A stretch of 64,000 nt of DNA from Candidatus Methylophosphatis roskildensis (GTDB lineage Bacteria > Pseudomonadota > Gammaproteobacteria > Burkholderiales > Rhodocyclaceae). The notes under the pieces were generated by a model. That model was not told where the DNA came from and made no database searches. It saw only the letters and a program-made list of their open reading frames with translations. Of the stretch, positions 50,842 to 60,042 are shown piece by piece. Location of the stretch: NCBI GenBank assembly GCA_016708905.1, contig JADJEV010000001.1:12254-76253 (forward strand). Reading direction: 5' to 3'. Position numbers and translations under genes: made by a program. Each line of letters starts with the position of its first letter. The first letter of the stretch is position 1.

Positions 50842-51759
50842 TTGCGTTCCAAATCCATCTCGGCTACTCTGCTGCGCATGCAGGGAACGCTGAGCTACCG
50901 TCACCGTGTGATCACCGACGAGGACCTCGTCTTCATTCGCAGTCTCATCGCCGAACATCCAGGCTTGAGCCGGAGGCAACTGTCCAAGAAGCTGTGTGAG
51001 GCCTGGAATTGGGTGCAGGCCAACGGCGCACCGCGCGACATGGTGTGTCGCGGGTTGATGCTGATGCTCCATCGCGAAGGTCTGATCGAATTGCCGCCGG
51101 TACGCTGGGTGCCGCGCAATCCGATGGTCGATCGCAGCCAACCGCAGCGGATGAGCGTGGATGAGGCGCCGCTGCATGCAAGATTCGCAGATCTTGGTCG
51201 GCTGGAGGTGCGCCAGGTGCGGCGTACGCCCGATGAGGCCTTGTTCAACAGCCTGCTCAAGCAGCACCACTATCTGGGTTACACGCAGCCGGTGGGGGAG
51301 CATCTGAAGTACCTGGTCTTCGCTCAGGGACGGCCGGTGGCCTGCGTGGCATGGTGCTCGGCACCGCGCCACCTGGGTAGCCGCGATCGGTTCATCGGCT
51401 GGGACAAGCAGGCACGGCGGCAGAACATCGGGCTGCTCGCCTACAACACGCGATTCCTCGTTCTGCCCTGGGTGACGGTGCCACACCTGGCCTCGCACAT
51501 TCTGGGACGCATGGCGCGCGTGCTCTGCGCCGATTGGCAGCGCCTGTACGGCCACCCGATCTATTTTGTCGAGACCTTCATCGACCCGCAGCGTTTTCGC
51601 GGGACCTGTTACCGAGCAGCCAACTGGATTGTGCTGGGGAGCACTACCGGGCGCGGCAAGGACGCACCGACCCGCCAGGCCAACCGCTCGATCAAGCAAG
51701 TGCTGGGCTACCCGCTGGTCAAGGAGTTCCGCCAGCGGCTCTCGGAAGTCCTCGTGTGA
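50842..51759 (+). CDS. DUF4338-domain protein (DruA-like domain) encoded inside the IS66 unit
   Basis: 305 aa, ..LLKQHHYLGYTQPVGEHLKYLVFA..RDRFIGWD..YNTRFLVLPW..YFVETFIDPQRFRGTCYRAANW.. Clearly homologous to the N-terminal part of the ISAs1 fusion at 1321. Confidence 0.75.
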   Translation: MRSKSISATLLRMQGTLSYRHRVITDEDLVFIRSLIAEHPGLSRRQLSKKLCEAWNWVQANGAPRDMVCRGLMLMLHREGLIELPPVRWVPRNPMVDRSQPQRMSVDEAPLHARFADLGRLEVRQVRRTPDEALFNSLLKQHHYLGYTQPVGEHLKYLVFAQGRPVACVAWCSAPRHLGSRDRFIGWDKQARRQNIGLLAYNTRFLVLPWVTVPHLASHILGRMARVLCADWQRLYGHPIYFVETFIDPQRFRGTCYRAANWIVLGSTTGRGKDAPTRQANRSIKQVLGYPLVKEFRQRLSEVLV

Positions 51760-53363
51760 AGCGCCCCGAATTCGTCAACGCCACTCAGGCACAGCTCGAC
51801 GAACTGCTGGCGCAGGCCAAGACGACATTCTCTGCCGAGCAATACGAACTGCTCGAAGGGGTGCTCGGCACCTTTGTGTACGTCATGCAGGCCTTGCAGA
51901 ACGCCAAGACCTCGATCAAGCGCTTTCGCCAGATGTTGTTCGGCGCGCGTACAGAGCGCAAAGCCAAGGTGTTCAAGGACCATGGCGAGCGCGCCGCCGG
52001 TGAGCCGCCTTCGGCTGAAACCGGTAACGCTGCGAAGCCTTCCCCGCCGTCGGCGGGGCACGGTCGCAATGGCGCACAGGCGTACTGCGGTTGCCCCGTG
52101 GTCGAGGTCAAGGTCGCCGATCTGCAACCGGGCGACCCATGCCCTGAATGCACCGAGGGCAAGGTCTATGACTCACCGCCAAGGATCCTCGTCAAGGTGC
52201 TCGGCCAGCCCCCGCTGGCAGCGACGCTCTACAAGCTGCGACAGTTGCGCTGCCGTCTGTGCGATGCGCGCTTCACCGCCTCCCTGCCCGAGGGGGTGAG
52301 CTTGCCCAAGTACGACCCGAGCTGCGCGAGCATGCTCGCCTTGCTTCGCTACGGCAGCGGCATGCCCTTCTACCGCCTCGAAGGCCTGCAGGCGAGTCTG
52401 AACGTCCCGCTCTCCGATGCCACGCAGTGGGACGTCGTGGCCAAGGCGGTACCGGGGCCACGCGCGGCCTTCAACGAACTGATCCGCCAGGGCGCACAGG
52501 CCCCGCTGCTGCATAGTGATGACACCCATGCGCAGATCCTCTCGCTGAGGGCGACACGCAGCCAGCTCGAGGCCGCCGGCCAGAGCCCTTCAGCCAAGGC
52601 GATCAACACCTCGGGTATCGTCGCCGTCCTGCCCGAGGCGCGCAAGGTGGTGCTGTTTTTCACCGGTCACCAGCACGCGGGGCAGAATCTGGCCGACGTT
52701 CTGGCGCAGCGGGCCCGGGATTTGGCCCCGCCGACCCAGATGAGCGATGCGCTGGCCTGCAACTTCGCCGGCGAGTTCAAAACGATCGTGGGCAAATGCC
52801 TGGCCCATGGCCGACGCAAGGTGCTCGAGCTGGTGGAGGATTTTCCCCAGCCGTGCCGCACCGTGATCGAGGTTCTGGCCAAGGTCTACACCGTGGATGC
52901 GCACTGCCGCGACGAGAAGATGTCCGCCGAGCAGCGCCTGCTCCACCACCAGGCCCACAGCGCCGAGCCCTTGCAAGGGCTGCATCGTTGGATGACGAAT
53001 CAATTCGAGCAGCACCTCGTCGAGCCCAACAGCAGCCTGGGTCAGGCCCTGCGCTACCTGCTCAAGCACTGCAGCGGACTCACCTTGTTCCTGCGCCAGG
53101 CAGGGGCGCCGCTGGATAACAATCTCTGCGAAAGAGTGCTCAAGCGGGTGATCTTGCATCGGAAGAATTCGATGTTCTACAAAACCAGCAAGGGGGCGGA
53201 GGTCGGCGATATCTACATGAGCCTCATCCACACCTGCGAGCTCTGCGGGGTCAACCCGTTCGAGTATCTGCAGGCATTGCAGATCCATGCGCAGAACGTG
53301 TTGACCCGGGCCGCCCTGTGGTTGCCCTGGAATTACCGCGAGCAGTTGGCACGCGCAGCCTGA
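51756..53363 (+). CDS. IS66-family transposase (TnpC-type)
   Basis: The GTG at 51756 overlaps the DUF4338 stop (GTGA). ..IKRFRQMLFGARTERK..CPECTEGKVYD..CRLCDARF..HSDDTHAQIL..CLAHGRRKV..DNNLCERVLKR..RKNSMFYKT.. Confidence 0.85.
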   Translation: MKRPEFVNATQAQLDELLAQAKTTFSAEQYELLEGVLGTFVYVMQALQNAKTSIKRFRQMLFGARTERKAKVFKDHGERAAGEPPSAETGNAAKPSPPSAGHGRNGAQAYCGCPVVEVKVADLQPGDPCPECTEGKVYDSPPRILVKVLGQPPLAATLYKLRQLRCRLCDARFTASLPEGVSLPKYDPSCASMLALLRYGSGMPFYRLEGLQASLNVPLSDATQWDVVAKAVPGPRAAFNELIRQGAQAPLLHSDDTHAQILSLRATRSQLEAAGQSPSAKAINTSGIVAVLPEARKVVLFFTGHQHAGQNLADVLAQRARDLAPPTQMSDALACNFAGEFKTIVGKCLAHGRRKVLELVEDFPQPCRTVIEVLAKVYTVDAHCRDEKMSAEQRLLHHQAHSAEPLQGLHRWMTNQFEQHLVEPNSSLGQALRYLLKHCSGLTLFLRQAGAPLDNNLCERVLKRVILHRKNSMFYKTSKGAEVGDIYMSLIHTCELCGVNPFEYLQALQIHAQNVLTRAALWLPWNYREQLARAA

Positions 53364-53388
53364 GCGCAGCGGCGCGCCCGGGCACGCT

Positions 53389-53748
53389 CTATGCGGCCAC
53401 GCTCAGCCGACGCCACGCCGGGGCCGCATTGGCGCGCGCCGGATCGCCCCCCATGAGCAGCAGTTGCAGCTCGCAGGCCTCGAGCGCCCGGCTCGGCTTC
53501 TCGCCGTCGGGCCAAAATGCGAACCGCCCGCTCGATAGCCGTTTCTGGCACAACCAGTAGCCTTGACCGTCATAGGTCAAAATCTTGATCGCCGTGCGCG
53601 CCCGGTTGCAAAAGACGAACAGGGCACCACTGAAAGGATCGGCCTCCAGGCGTTGTCGGCACGCGCCCACCAACCGATCGATTCCGGCACGAAAGTCGAT
53701 CGGCTCGACCGCCACCAGAATGCGCATGTGCGGCGTGATCTGGATCAT
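53389..53748 (-). CDS. IS66 Orf2 (TnpB)
   Basis: MIQITPHMRILVAVEPIDFRAGIDRLVGACRQRLEADPFSGALFVFCNRARTAIKILTYDGQGYWLCQKRL.. The ATG overlaps the tnpA stop. Confidence 0.85.
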   Translation of the reverse strand: MIQITPHMRILVAVEPIDFRAGIDRLVGACRQRLEADPFSGALFVFCNRARTAIKILTYDGQGYWLCQKRLSSGRFAFWPDGEKPSRALEACELQLLLMGGDPARANAAPAWRRLSVAA

Positions 53749-54167
53749 GCCGCACCCCAGAAGGCGCTGCACAGCCCAGCCAGGCCGGCAAGGCCATTGC
53801 CATTGAGTTCCACGCGCATCTTCGCCCCTCGCCCGTTCTCCAGCTCGACGGCACATTCGCACAGACTCTGCGCGCCAGGTGCCGGCGAAACCATCAACTC
53901 CACGAACCGCGGGCCGTCCTTCCCAGCGTCCGCCGCACTGACCTCGTGCTCCAGACGCTTCTTCAGCCTGTCGCGGTCGACGCGCAGCTCACACACCACG
54001 CGGTGCACCCCGTGTTCCCTGGCCATCTCTACCGCCGCCACCCACAAGCGCTCCGGAATATGTTCGCCGCGAACACGCCTCTCACGCCAATGCTTGAACC
54101 GCTCCCCTATCTGCGCCAGGCTCTCACCATGCCCCCTCGCTTGCTCGACCTTCGCCCTCTCGTCCAT
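53745..54167 (-). CDS. IS66 Orf1 (TnpA, HTH)
   Basis: 140 aa, ..IPERLWVAAVEMAREHGVHRVVCELRVDRDRLKKRL.. ..VELENGRGAKMRVEL.. Confidence 0.75.
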   Translation of the reverse strand: MDERAKVEQARGHGESLAQIGERFKHWRERRVRGEHIPERLWVAAVEMAREHGVHRVVCELRVDRDRLKKRLEHEVSAADAGKDGPRFVELMVSPAPGAQSLCECAVELENGRGAKMRVELNGNGLAGLAGLCSAFWGAA

Positions 54168-57100
54168 CAGTTGCTCTCCTCATCCGGTTGAACTCGCAGC
54201 TGAAGTTAGCAAGGACGTCGATCGATTTCATGCTGGCTTGCCGGAGGGACACCGAAGATCAGCATCACACATTTGACCTTTCCCAGCCCGCGCACTCGAA
54301 ACTGCTGCAATCCCCGATTGCGACTGTGCGCATTGACGCATTCGGCCGTTGCCGCCCGTCGCTTGTACAGGGCCTTCGCTTCATCCGTGCCCATCCGCTG
54401 GCGCCAAGCCGCCACTGCCTCGCTGTCGCGCGCCTTGGCCTGGTGCGGGTCGACCGTCTTGTCCTTCGGTTCGGGCACCGGCCCATAGACGCATGTGCTC
54501 TCACTGGCCCGCTCGATCTGCTCGTGACCGACATAACCGCCATCGACCAGCCAGGCTTCTGGTGCCCGCCCACAGCGCTCGGTGACCTGCTCGAGCATCG
54601 GCCCCATCTGTCCCTGATCGGTGCCGATGGTGGCCACATCAAGACCGACGATCACCAGACTGTCGGCATCAGAGGCCAGTTGTGGGTTGTAGGCCGGCCG
54701 GAAGCCGCCATCGCCCATCTTCATCACCGTGGCCTGGGCGTCGGTCATCGAGACCCGCGCTTGTTCGGCGGGCTTGCCTTGCCGCTGCTTGATCGCTTCG
54801 ATCTCGGGCAGCCGGGCCAGCGCCTGCTCCAGACGCTCTTGGCGTTGCTGCGCCGCCCGCCGCCGGGCCGCCTCCCGTGCCCGTTGGACCAGGGCCGGGT
54901 CGGCCTCCAGTTCGGCTTTCAACCGCGCCACGTGCGCGCGCGCCGCTTCCAGGCAGCTTGCCAGTTTCTCTTTGCGCCGAAACGAGCCGGCCCCGGCACT
55001 GGCGCGTACCCGCATCCCGTCCTGGGCCACCTGCTTGAGCTTGACCACCCCCGCGCCCATCAGGCTCGCAATGCTCACGCTCAGCAGTTCATCGAGCGCT
55101 TCACCGTGATCCTTGCGAAAGTCCGACAGCGTGTGGTGATTGACCTGCACACCACCACAGAGCCAGCGATAGGCGTCGTGCGCTTCGATCAGGCGGGAGA
55201 CTTCCCGCGCGCTGCCTACCCCGTCGAGCGTGGCGTACAGCCACAGCGAGAGCAAAATCTCCGGGGCGATCGCCGCGCGCCCGACACCGCCTTCGGCTAC
55301 CCGCACAGTTGCGTAGAAGCGCCCCAGATCCTGGCGCTCGACATAGGCCCAGACCAGTCGCGCCCGGTGCCCTTCGGCCAGCAGCGATTCAAGATCGCTG
55401 GCCCGAAATTCCATCTGCCCTCGGTTCGGTAACAGCACGCGCGCTCGGGTCTTCGTCATCTTCGCTGTCTCGCACCAAGGCCAGAGTACATTATGCCACA
55501 GACATCATCCGGGCGGGGGATTTTTTCACAGCCTCTCAGGTCTGGGCTGTGATCGAGGCCGTCGCGGCGCCGCCCACTCTGAGCATCCCGAGCCCGAGCG
55601 AATTCAAGGTCACCGCGCAAGCGCTGCCGGCTGGCGTCCCGGGGGCGGGCACCATCACCTTCTACCGCTTGCTTGCAGTGGGCATCGGCATCGCCATCGC
55701 GGTGGCGCCCCCCAAGGCCATGTTCTGGGGCATCGTGATCGGAGCCATCGGCTGGATCATCGCGGGAAGCGCTGGTTCGTCTGAACGCACGGCCGAGCGC
55801 TCGCGCCGCTCAACTGCACAACAGGCCGCGAAGAAGGAATACGACGAGCTGGTTGAGCGGGTACAGCGGGATGCTGGACCCGCAGGCTTTCAGGCTAAGC
55901 GAGCGGAGCTGTCCAAGCTTCGTAACGAATATCAAGCGCTGCCGCAAGCCGAGAGGCAGGAGCTGGACCACCTGCATTCCACGGCCCACGAGCGCCAGCA
56001 GCAGAAGTTCCTGGACACCTGTTTCATCGACAGTGCCTCAATTTCCGGTGTCGGTCCGGCGCGGAAGGCCGCGCTTCGGTCCTTCGGCATCGAAACGGCA
56101 GCCGACGTGAGCCGCAGCAAGGTGATGCAGGTACGGGGCTTCGGAGAAGGCCTCACCCGGGCGATGACGGACTGGAAGGCATGCTGTGAGAGACGGTTCG
56201 TCTTCAACGCATCAAACGCCGTCTCCGCTGCTGACCGTGACGCGGTTCGCTCCAAGTTCGGCGCCCGAAAGGTGAGCATCGAAGCTGCCTTGACCCGCGG
56301 AGCGGGAGAACTGCAAAACTTTAGGCAGCGTGCCACCAGCCAGATGGCCATGCTAAAGCCGCAGCTCGAAGCTTCAGCCAGGAAGCTTGCCCAGGCCGAA
56401 AAGGATCTGTCGGCTCTGTAGAGGAACGCCTGCGCGATGCGCCTCGCTTCGAAGAACGCTTGCAAGAAGTCGCCGCGCGGATGATGCTCGACCCACATCA
56501 GCGGTGTTTTGGTGGTTATGCATGGCTCGCGCGCGAGCAGCTGCTTTGGGGCGATGAGTTCAGCTTTGCAAATTTTGCTGACGGGTCGGCGCTAGAAATC
56601 TCCAAGGTCGGCAGCCCGCACAATGATGAGTACTCCCGGCGGAACCCCAACGGCAGGTCAGGCCGACGACTTGTCGGTGATCAACCTTCACGAACGGCTG
56701 CTCCACTCCGTCACCGGCCATAGAACCGCTGATTCCGCATCCGGCAGCTGAGGGTCGCGTCCTGCCGAAGCGGAAATGGAAAGCGGCCGTTCGGCGCGGT
56801 TTTCCAACGTGTGGCAGGAAACCGGCGGATAGCGGCCACAGCCGGCGCAAGACGCCACGGGCCGCAATCGCGGACGAGCTGGCCGAATGTCAATCGAGTT
56901 GAGCCGCAGGCCCACTGGATACCGGCATCGGTGACCCTCGATTTCGCGTCGCCGCTACGTCTCTTTGTGGCCGGATGCTGCCAGTGATCTCGCCATTCCC
57001 AAGTAGTGGTAATGGCCGACCTTGACTCATACTTTATTCGGTTGCATCCATAAGGTCGGTAGACCTGCGCGAAGGTCCATTCCATGATCTCGAAATCAAC

Positions 57101-57267
57101 TTCGAGGCGAGGCCGGAAAGTTATGCCAATTCAAGTGCCCGACAGACTTCTTTCTCGCTGGAGGAGGCCGATTAGGCTCTGTCTTGGAAACCCGACAGCT
57201 CTTGCACCGTCTTTGCCGAGGGTGCTTTCCCTCTGGAGGCCTCGACAATTCTCATTACTCGTCAAAA

Positions 57268-57391
57268 CTGTTCTTCGACCGGATGGTCCGGGTTGCGCCG
57301 ATGGAGTCCGGGACCACGCCAACAAGCCGGGGGCAACTGGACGAGTCGAAAACGTAGGAGTCGATTTAGTCCCGGCGCAGTGGGTCGATCC
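57268..57391. repeat. about 125-bp dispersed repeat (family B), copy directly downstream of prpE
   Basis: Aligns with 29080-29204 and ends one base before the prpE stop codon. Confidence 0.8.
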
Positions 57392-59290
57392 TCAAGCCTT
57401 CGCGGCGTAACCGGCGGTCTTCAGCGCGGCTTCGATCTCATCGAGGATGGCCGGGTCGTCGATGGTGGCCGGCACATTGTACTCGACGCTATCGGCAATC
57501 TTGTGCATGGTGCCGCGCAGGATCTTGCCGGATCGTGTCTTGGGCAGCCGGCTGACGATGAGCGCGGTCTTGAAAGCCGCCACCGGGCCGATGCGCTCGC
57601 GTACCAGGGCAATGAGTTCCTTGACGATTTCCTCATGCTGGCGGCTGACACCGCTCTTCAGGACGACGAAGCCGACCGGCAACTGCCCTTTCATTTGGTC
57701 GCTGACACCGATCACCGCACATTCCGCGACGCTTTGATGCGATGCCAGTACTTCTTCCATGGCGCCGGTCGACAGGCGGTGGCCGGCGACGTTGATGACA
57801 TCGTCGAGCCGACCCATGACAAAGATGTAGCCCTCGTCATCGATGAAACCTGAATCGCCAGTGGTGTAGAAACCCGGATTCTCCTCGTAGTAGGCATCGC
57901 GACAGCGCTGATCGGCATTCCACAAGGTCATGAAGGCGCCGGGGGGCATCGGCAGTTTCATCACCAGCGCGCCTTCGTCCCCGCTCGCCGCCGGGTGGCC
58001 GTCCGCCCCTAGAACCTGCACGTTCCAACCCGGCATCGGCTTGCTGGTCGAACCGTATTTCACCGGCAGCCGCTCGATTCCGAGCGGGATGCCGGCGATT
58101 GCCCAGCCGGTTTCGGTCTGCCACCAATGGTCGATCACCGGCACCTTGAGGTGGGTTTCCGCCCATTGCAGGGTGTCCGGATCGCAGCGCTCTCCGGCCA
58201 GGAACAGGGCGCGGAAATGCGACAGGTCGTATTGCCTGATCAGTTCGCCGTCGGGGTCTTCACGCTTGATGGCGCGAAAGGCGGTCGGAGCGGTAAACAG
58301 CACGGGAATCCGGTGCTGGCTGATCACCCGCCAGAATGCCCCGGCGTCCGGCGTGCCCACCGGTTTGCCTTCATAAAGGGTGCCGGCGGAGCCGTGGATC
58401 ATCGGGCCGTAGGTGATGTAGGAATGCCCGACCTGCCAGCCCACGTCGGAGGCGGCCCACATCGTTTCGCCGGGCTCGATGGTGTAGAAATGCTGCATCG
58501 TCCAGTTGGTGGCCACCGCGTGACCGCCATTGTCGCGGACGATGCCCTTGGGCTGGCCGGTGGTGCCGGAGGTGTAAAGGATATACAGCGGATCGGTCGC
58601 CGCCACCGGCACGCAATCGACCGGGCTCGCAGCCGCCGCGAGTTCGTCCCAGTCATGGTCGCGGCCGGGAACGAGGGTCGCCGCGACCTGCGGCCTTTGC
58701 AGGATGACGCAGGCGGCCGGCTTGTGAATGGCGAGATCGAGTGCCGCATCCAGCAGCGGTTTGTAGGGCAGCACCCTCGCGCCCTCGATGCCGCAGGAGG
58801 CGGATACCACGACCTTGGGGGTGGCGTCATTGACCCGGGTCGCCAGCTCGTGCGGCGCGAAACCACCGAATACCACCGAGTGGATGGCCCCAAGCCGGGC
58901 GCAGGCCAGCATGGCGACCACCGCCTGCGGCACCATCGGCATGTAGATGACCACCCGGTCGCCCTTGCTCACGCCGAGCCGCCCGAGCGCCCCGGCGAAG
59001 CGAGAGACCAGGTCGAGCATCTCCCGAAACGTGAAGGTCTGGACGGTTCCGGTGACCGGGCTGTCGTAGATCAGCGCCACCTGATCCGCCCGCCCGCCGG
59101 CGACATGCCGGTCGAGCGCGTTGTAACAAGTATTCAGTTCGCCGCCGGCGAACCAGCGGAAGAAAGGCGCCCGACTATCGTCGAGCACCTTGTCCCATGG
59201 CTTGAACCAATCGATTTCCGCCGCGGCCTCGGCCCAGAATCCAACGGGATCGGCCAGCGAACGGCGGTGGATGTCATCGTATGCGCTCAT
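57392..59290 (-). CDS. prpE: propionate--CoA ligase (acyl-CoA synthetase family)
   Basis: 632 aa, MSAYDDIHRRSLADPVGFWAEAAAEIDWFKPWDKVLDD..FRWFAGGELNTCYNALDRH.. AMP-binding motif YTSGTTGQPKG. Confidence 0.85.
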   Translation of the reverse strand: MSAYDDIHRRSLADPVGFWAEAAAEIDWFKPWDKVLDDSRAPFFRWFAGGELNTCYNALDRHVAGGRADQVALIYDSPVTGTVQTFTFREMLDLVSRFAGALGRLGVSKGDRVVIYMPMVPQAVVAMLACARLGAIHSVVFGGFAPHELATRVNDATPKVVVSASCGIEGARVLPYKPLLDAALDLAIHKPAACVILQRPQVAATLVPGRDHDWDELAAAASPVDCVPVAATDPLYILYTSGTTGQPKGIVRDNGGHAVATNWTMQHFYTIEPGETMWAASDVGWQVGHSYITYGPMIHGSAGTLYEGKPVGTPDAGAFWRVISQHRIPVLFTAPTAFRAIKREDPDGELIRQYDLSHFRALFLAGERCDPDTLQWAETHLKVPVIDHWWQTETGWAIAGIPLGIERLPVKYGSTSKPMPGWNVQVLGADGHPAASGDEGALVMKLPMPPGAFMTLWNADQRCRDAYYEENPGFYTTGDSGFIDDEGYIFVMGRLDDVINVAGHRLSTGAMEEVLASHQSVAECAVIGVSDQMKGQLPVGFVVLKSGVSRQHEEIVKELIALVRERIGPVAAFKTALIVSRLPKTRSGKILRGTMHKIADSVEYNVPATIDDPAILDEIEAALKTAGYAAKA

Positions 59291-59526
59291 AGCGGCATTT
59301 CCTCCTGTGTCGTTTCATGGAAATTGCGATTTCGCCGCCCGATCGATGATCGCTTGCCCTCGGTCGGGCCGGCGATTGCTTCACCATCGTTCGCGATCCT
59401 ACAAGGATACTGCTGCCCGCACATCTCGCGCCGGCCATAGCAGCCTGTCGGGCCCAACGCGATCGGGTTGAGCTTAGGCTCGCTTATACCTATCCTTGCA
59501 ATAGGCACACTGACCGGGAGGACGAC

Positions 59527-60042
59527 ATGAAGATCAAGCGCATATATTTCATCGTGCCGAATGCCGATTTGGCCAGAACCATCGTGAATGAGTTACTGGT
59601 TGCGCGCGTCGAAGAGAAGCACATGCATATCCTGGCCAAGCGGGGTACCGATCTGCATGAATTGCCCGAGGCCTCGATGCTGCAGAAATCCGATTTCGTT
59701 CCGGCAGTCCAGCGCGGGCTCGCCCTGGGCGGGGTCGTCGGCACTCTGGCCGGCCTGGTCGGCATCGCGGTTGCGCCCGCTGCAGCGGTTGTCGCGGGGG
59801 GCGTCATCCTTGCTTCCAGTCTTGCCGGGGCGGGCGTCGGTGCCTGGTTGAGCGGCATGGTCGGCCTCAACGTCGGCAACACGCGGCACAAGCAGTTCGA
59901 GGATGCCATCGAGCGGGGCGAGCTCCTGATGCTGATCGACGTGCCGATATCGCGCGTCGAAGAGATCAGCGAACTGGTCAAGACCCATCACCCGGAAGCC
60001 GAACTGGAAGGCACCGAGCCGCGGATTCCGGCGTTTCCGTGA
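59527..60042 (+). CDS. membrane protein (DUF1269-like)
   Basis: 171 aa with a central glycine/alanine-rich TM segment LALGGVVGTLAGLVGIAVAPAAAVVAGGVILASSLAGAGVGAWLSGMVG. GGGAGGA lies upstream of the ATG. Confidence 0.55.
   Translation: MKIKRIYFIVPNADLARTIVNELLVARVEEKHMHILAKRGTDLHELPEASMLQKSDFVPAVQRGLALGGVVGTLAGLVGIAVAPAAAVVAGGVILASSLAGAGVGAWLSGMVGLNVGNTRHKQFEDAIERGELLMLIDVPISRVEEISELVKTHHPEAELEGTEPRIPAFP

Larger units (their letters stand above)
50757..54252. mobile_element. IS66-family unit with perfect 15-bp inverted repeats and an 8-bp target duplication
   Basis: GTGTCCCTCCGGCAA at 50757-50771 and its reverse complement at 54238-54252. CGAAGATC is duplicated at 50749-50756 and 54253-54260. 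Confidence 0.85.
50654..55459 (-). pseudogene. IS1182-family transposase split by the IS66-type unit
   Basis: N-terminal part is 54253-55459 (..LLSLWLYATLDGVGSAREVSRL..RGLGKVKCVMLIF). C-terminal part is 50654-50756 (IFALAHNLMRMAALAPQLLGIGTGSSGIAGLPV-stop). Confidence 0.75.
50515..55534 (-). mobile_element. IS1182-family insertion sequence (carrying a nested IS66-type unit)
   Basis: 5-bp duplication CTCAG (50510-50514 and 55535-55539). Inverted ends AGCTTGTGATTTATTCCCC and the reverse complement of GGGGATTTTTTCACAGCCT. Removing the element restores the kinase frame. Confidence 0.75.
49456..56421 (+). pseudogene. Ser/Thr protein kinase (TerY-P triad member) with an in-frame TAA and split by IS1182
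   Basis: GKGGEGSVF, VAKLYH, HGHVVGDVNQNSFMV, LIDSDSF. TAA at 50116-50118 (..GGRHP*SGVPL..). The ORF is cut after ..GFVLTQ at 50514. It resumes in frame at 55540 as VWAVIEAV.., ending with HhH-like ..ISGVGPARKAALRSFGIETAADV..VRGFGEGL.. and a stop at 56421. Confidence 0.75.

Noticed and set aside
56422-56723. Open frame directly after the kinase stop (..EERLRDAPRFEERLQEVAARMMLDPHQRCFGGYAWLAREQLLWGDEF..)
   Set aside because: It looks protein-like but has no start codon other than an internal TTG, no RBS and no family I can name. It is possibly a gene fragment and is left unannotated.
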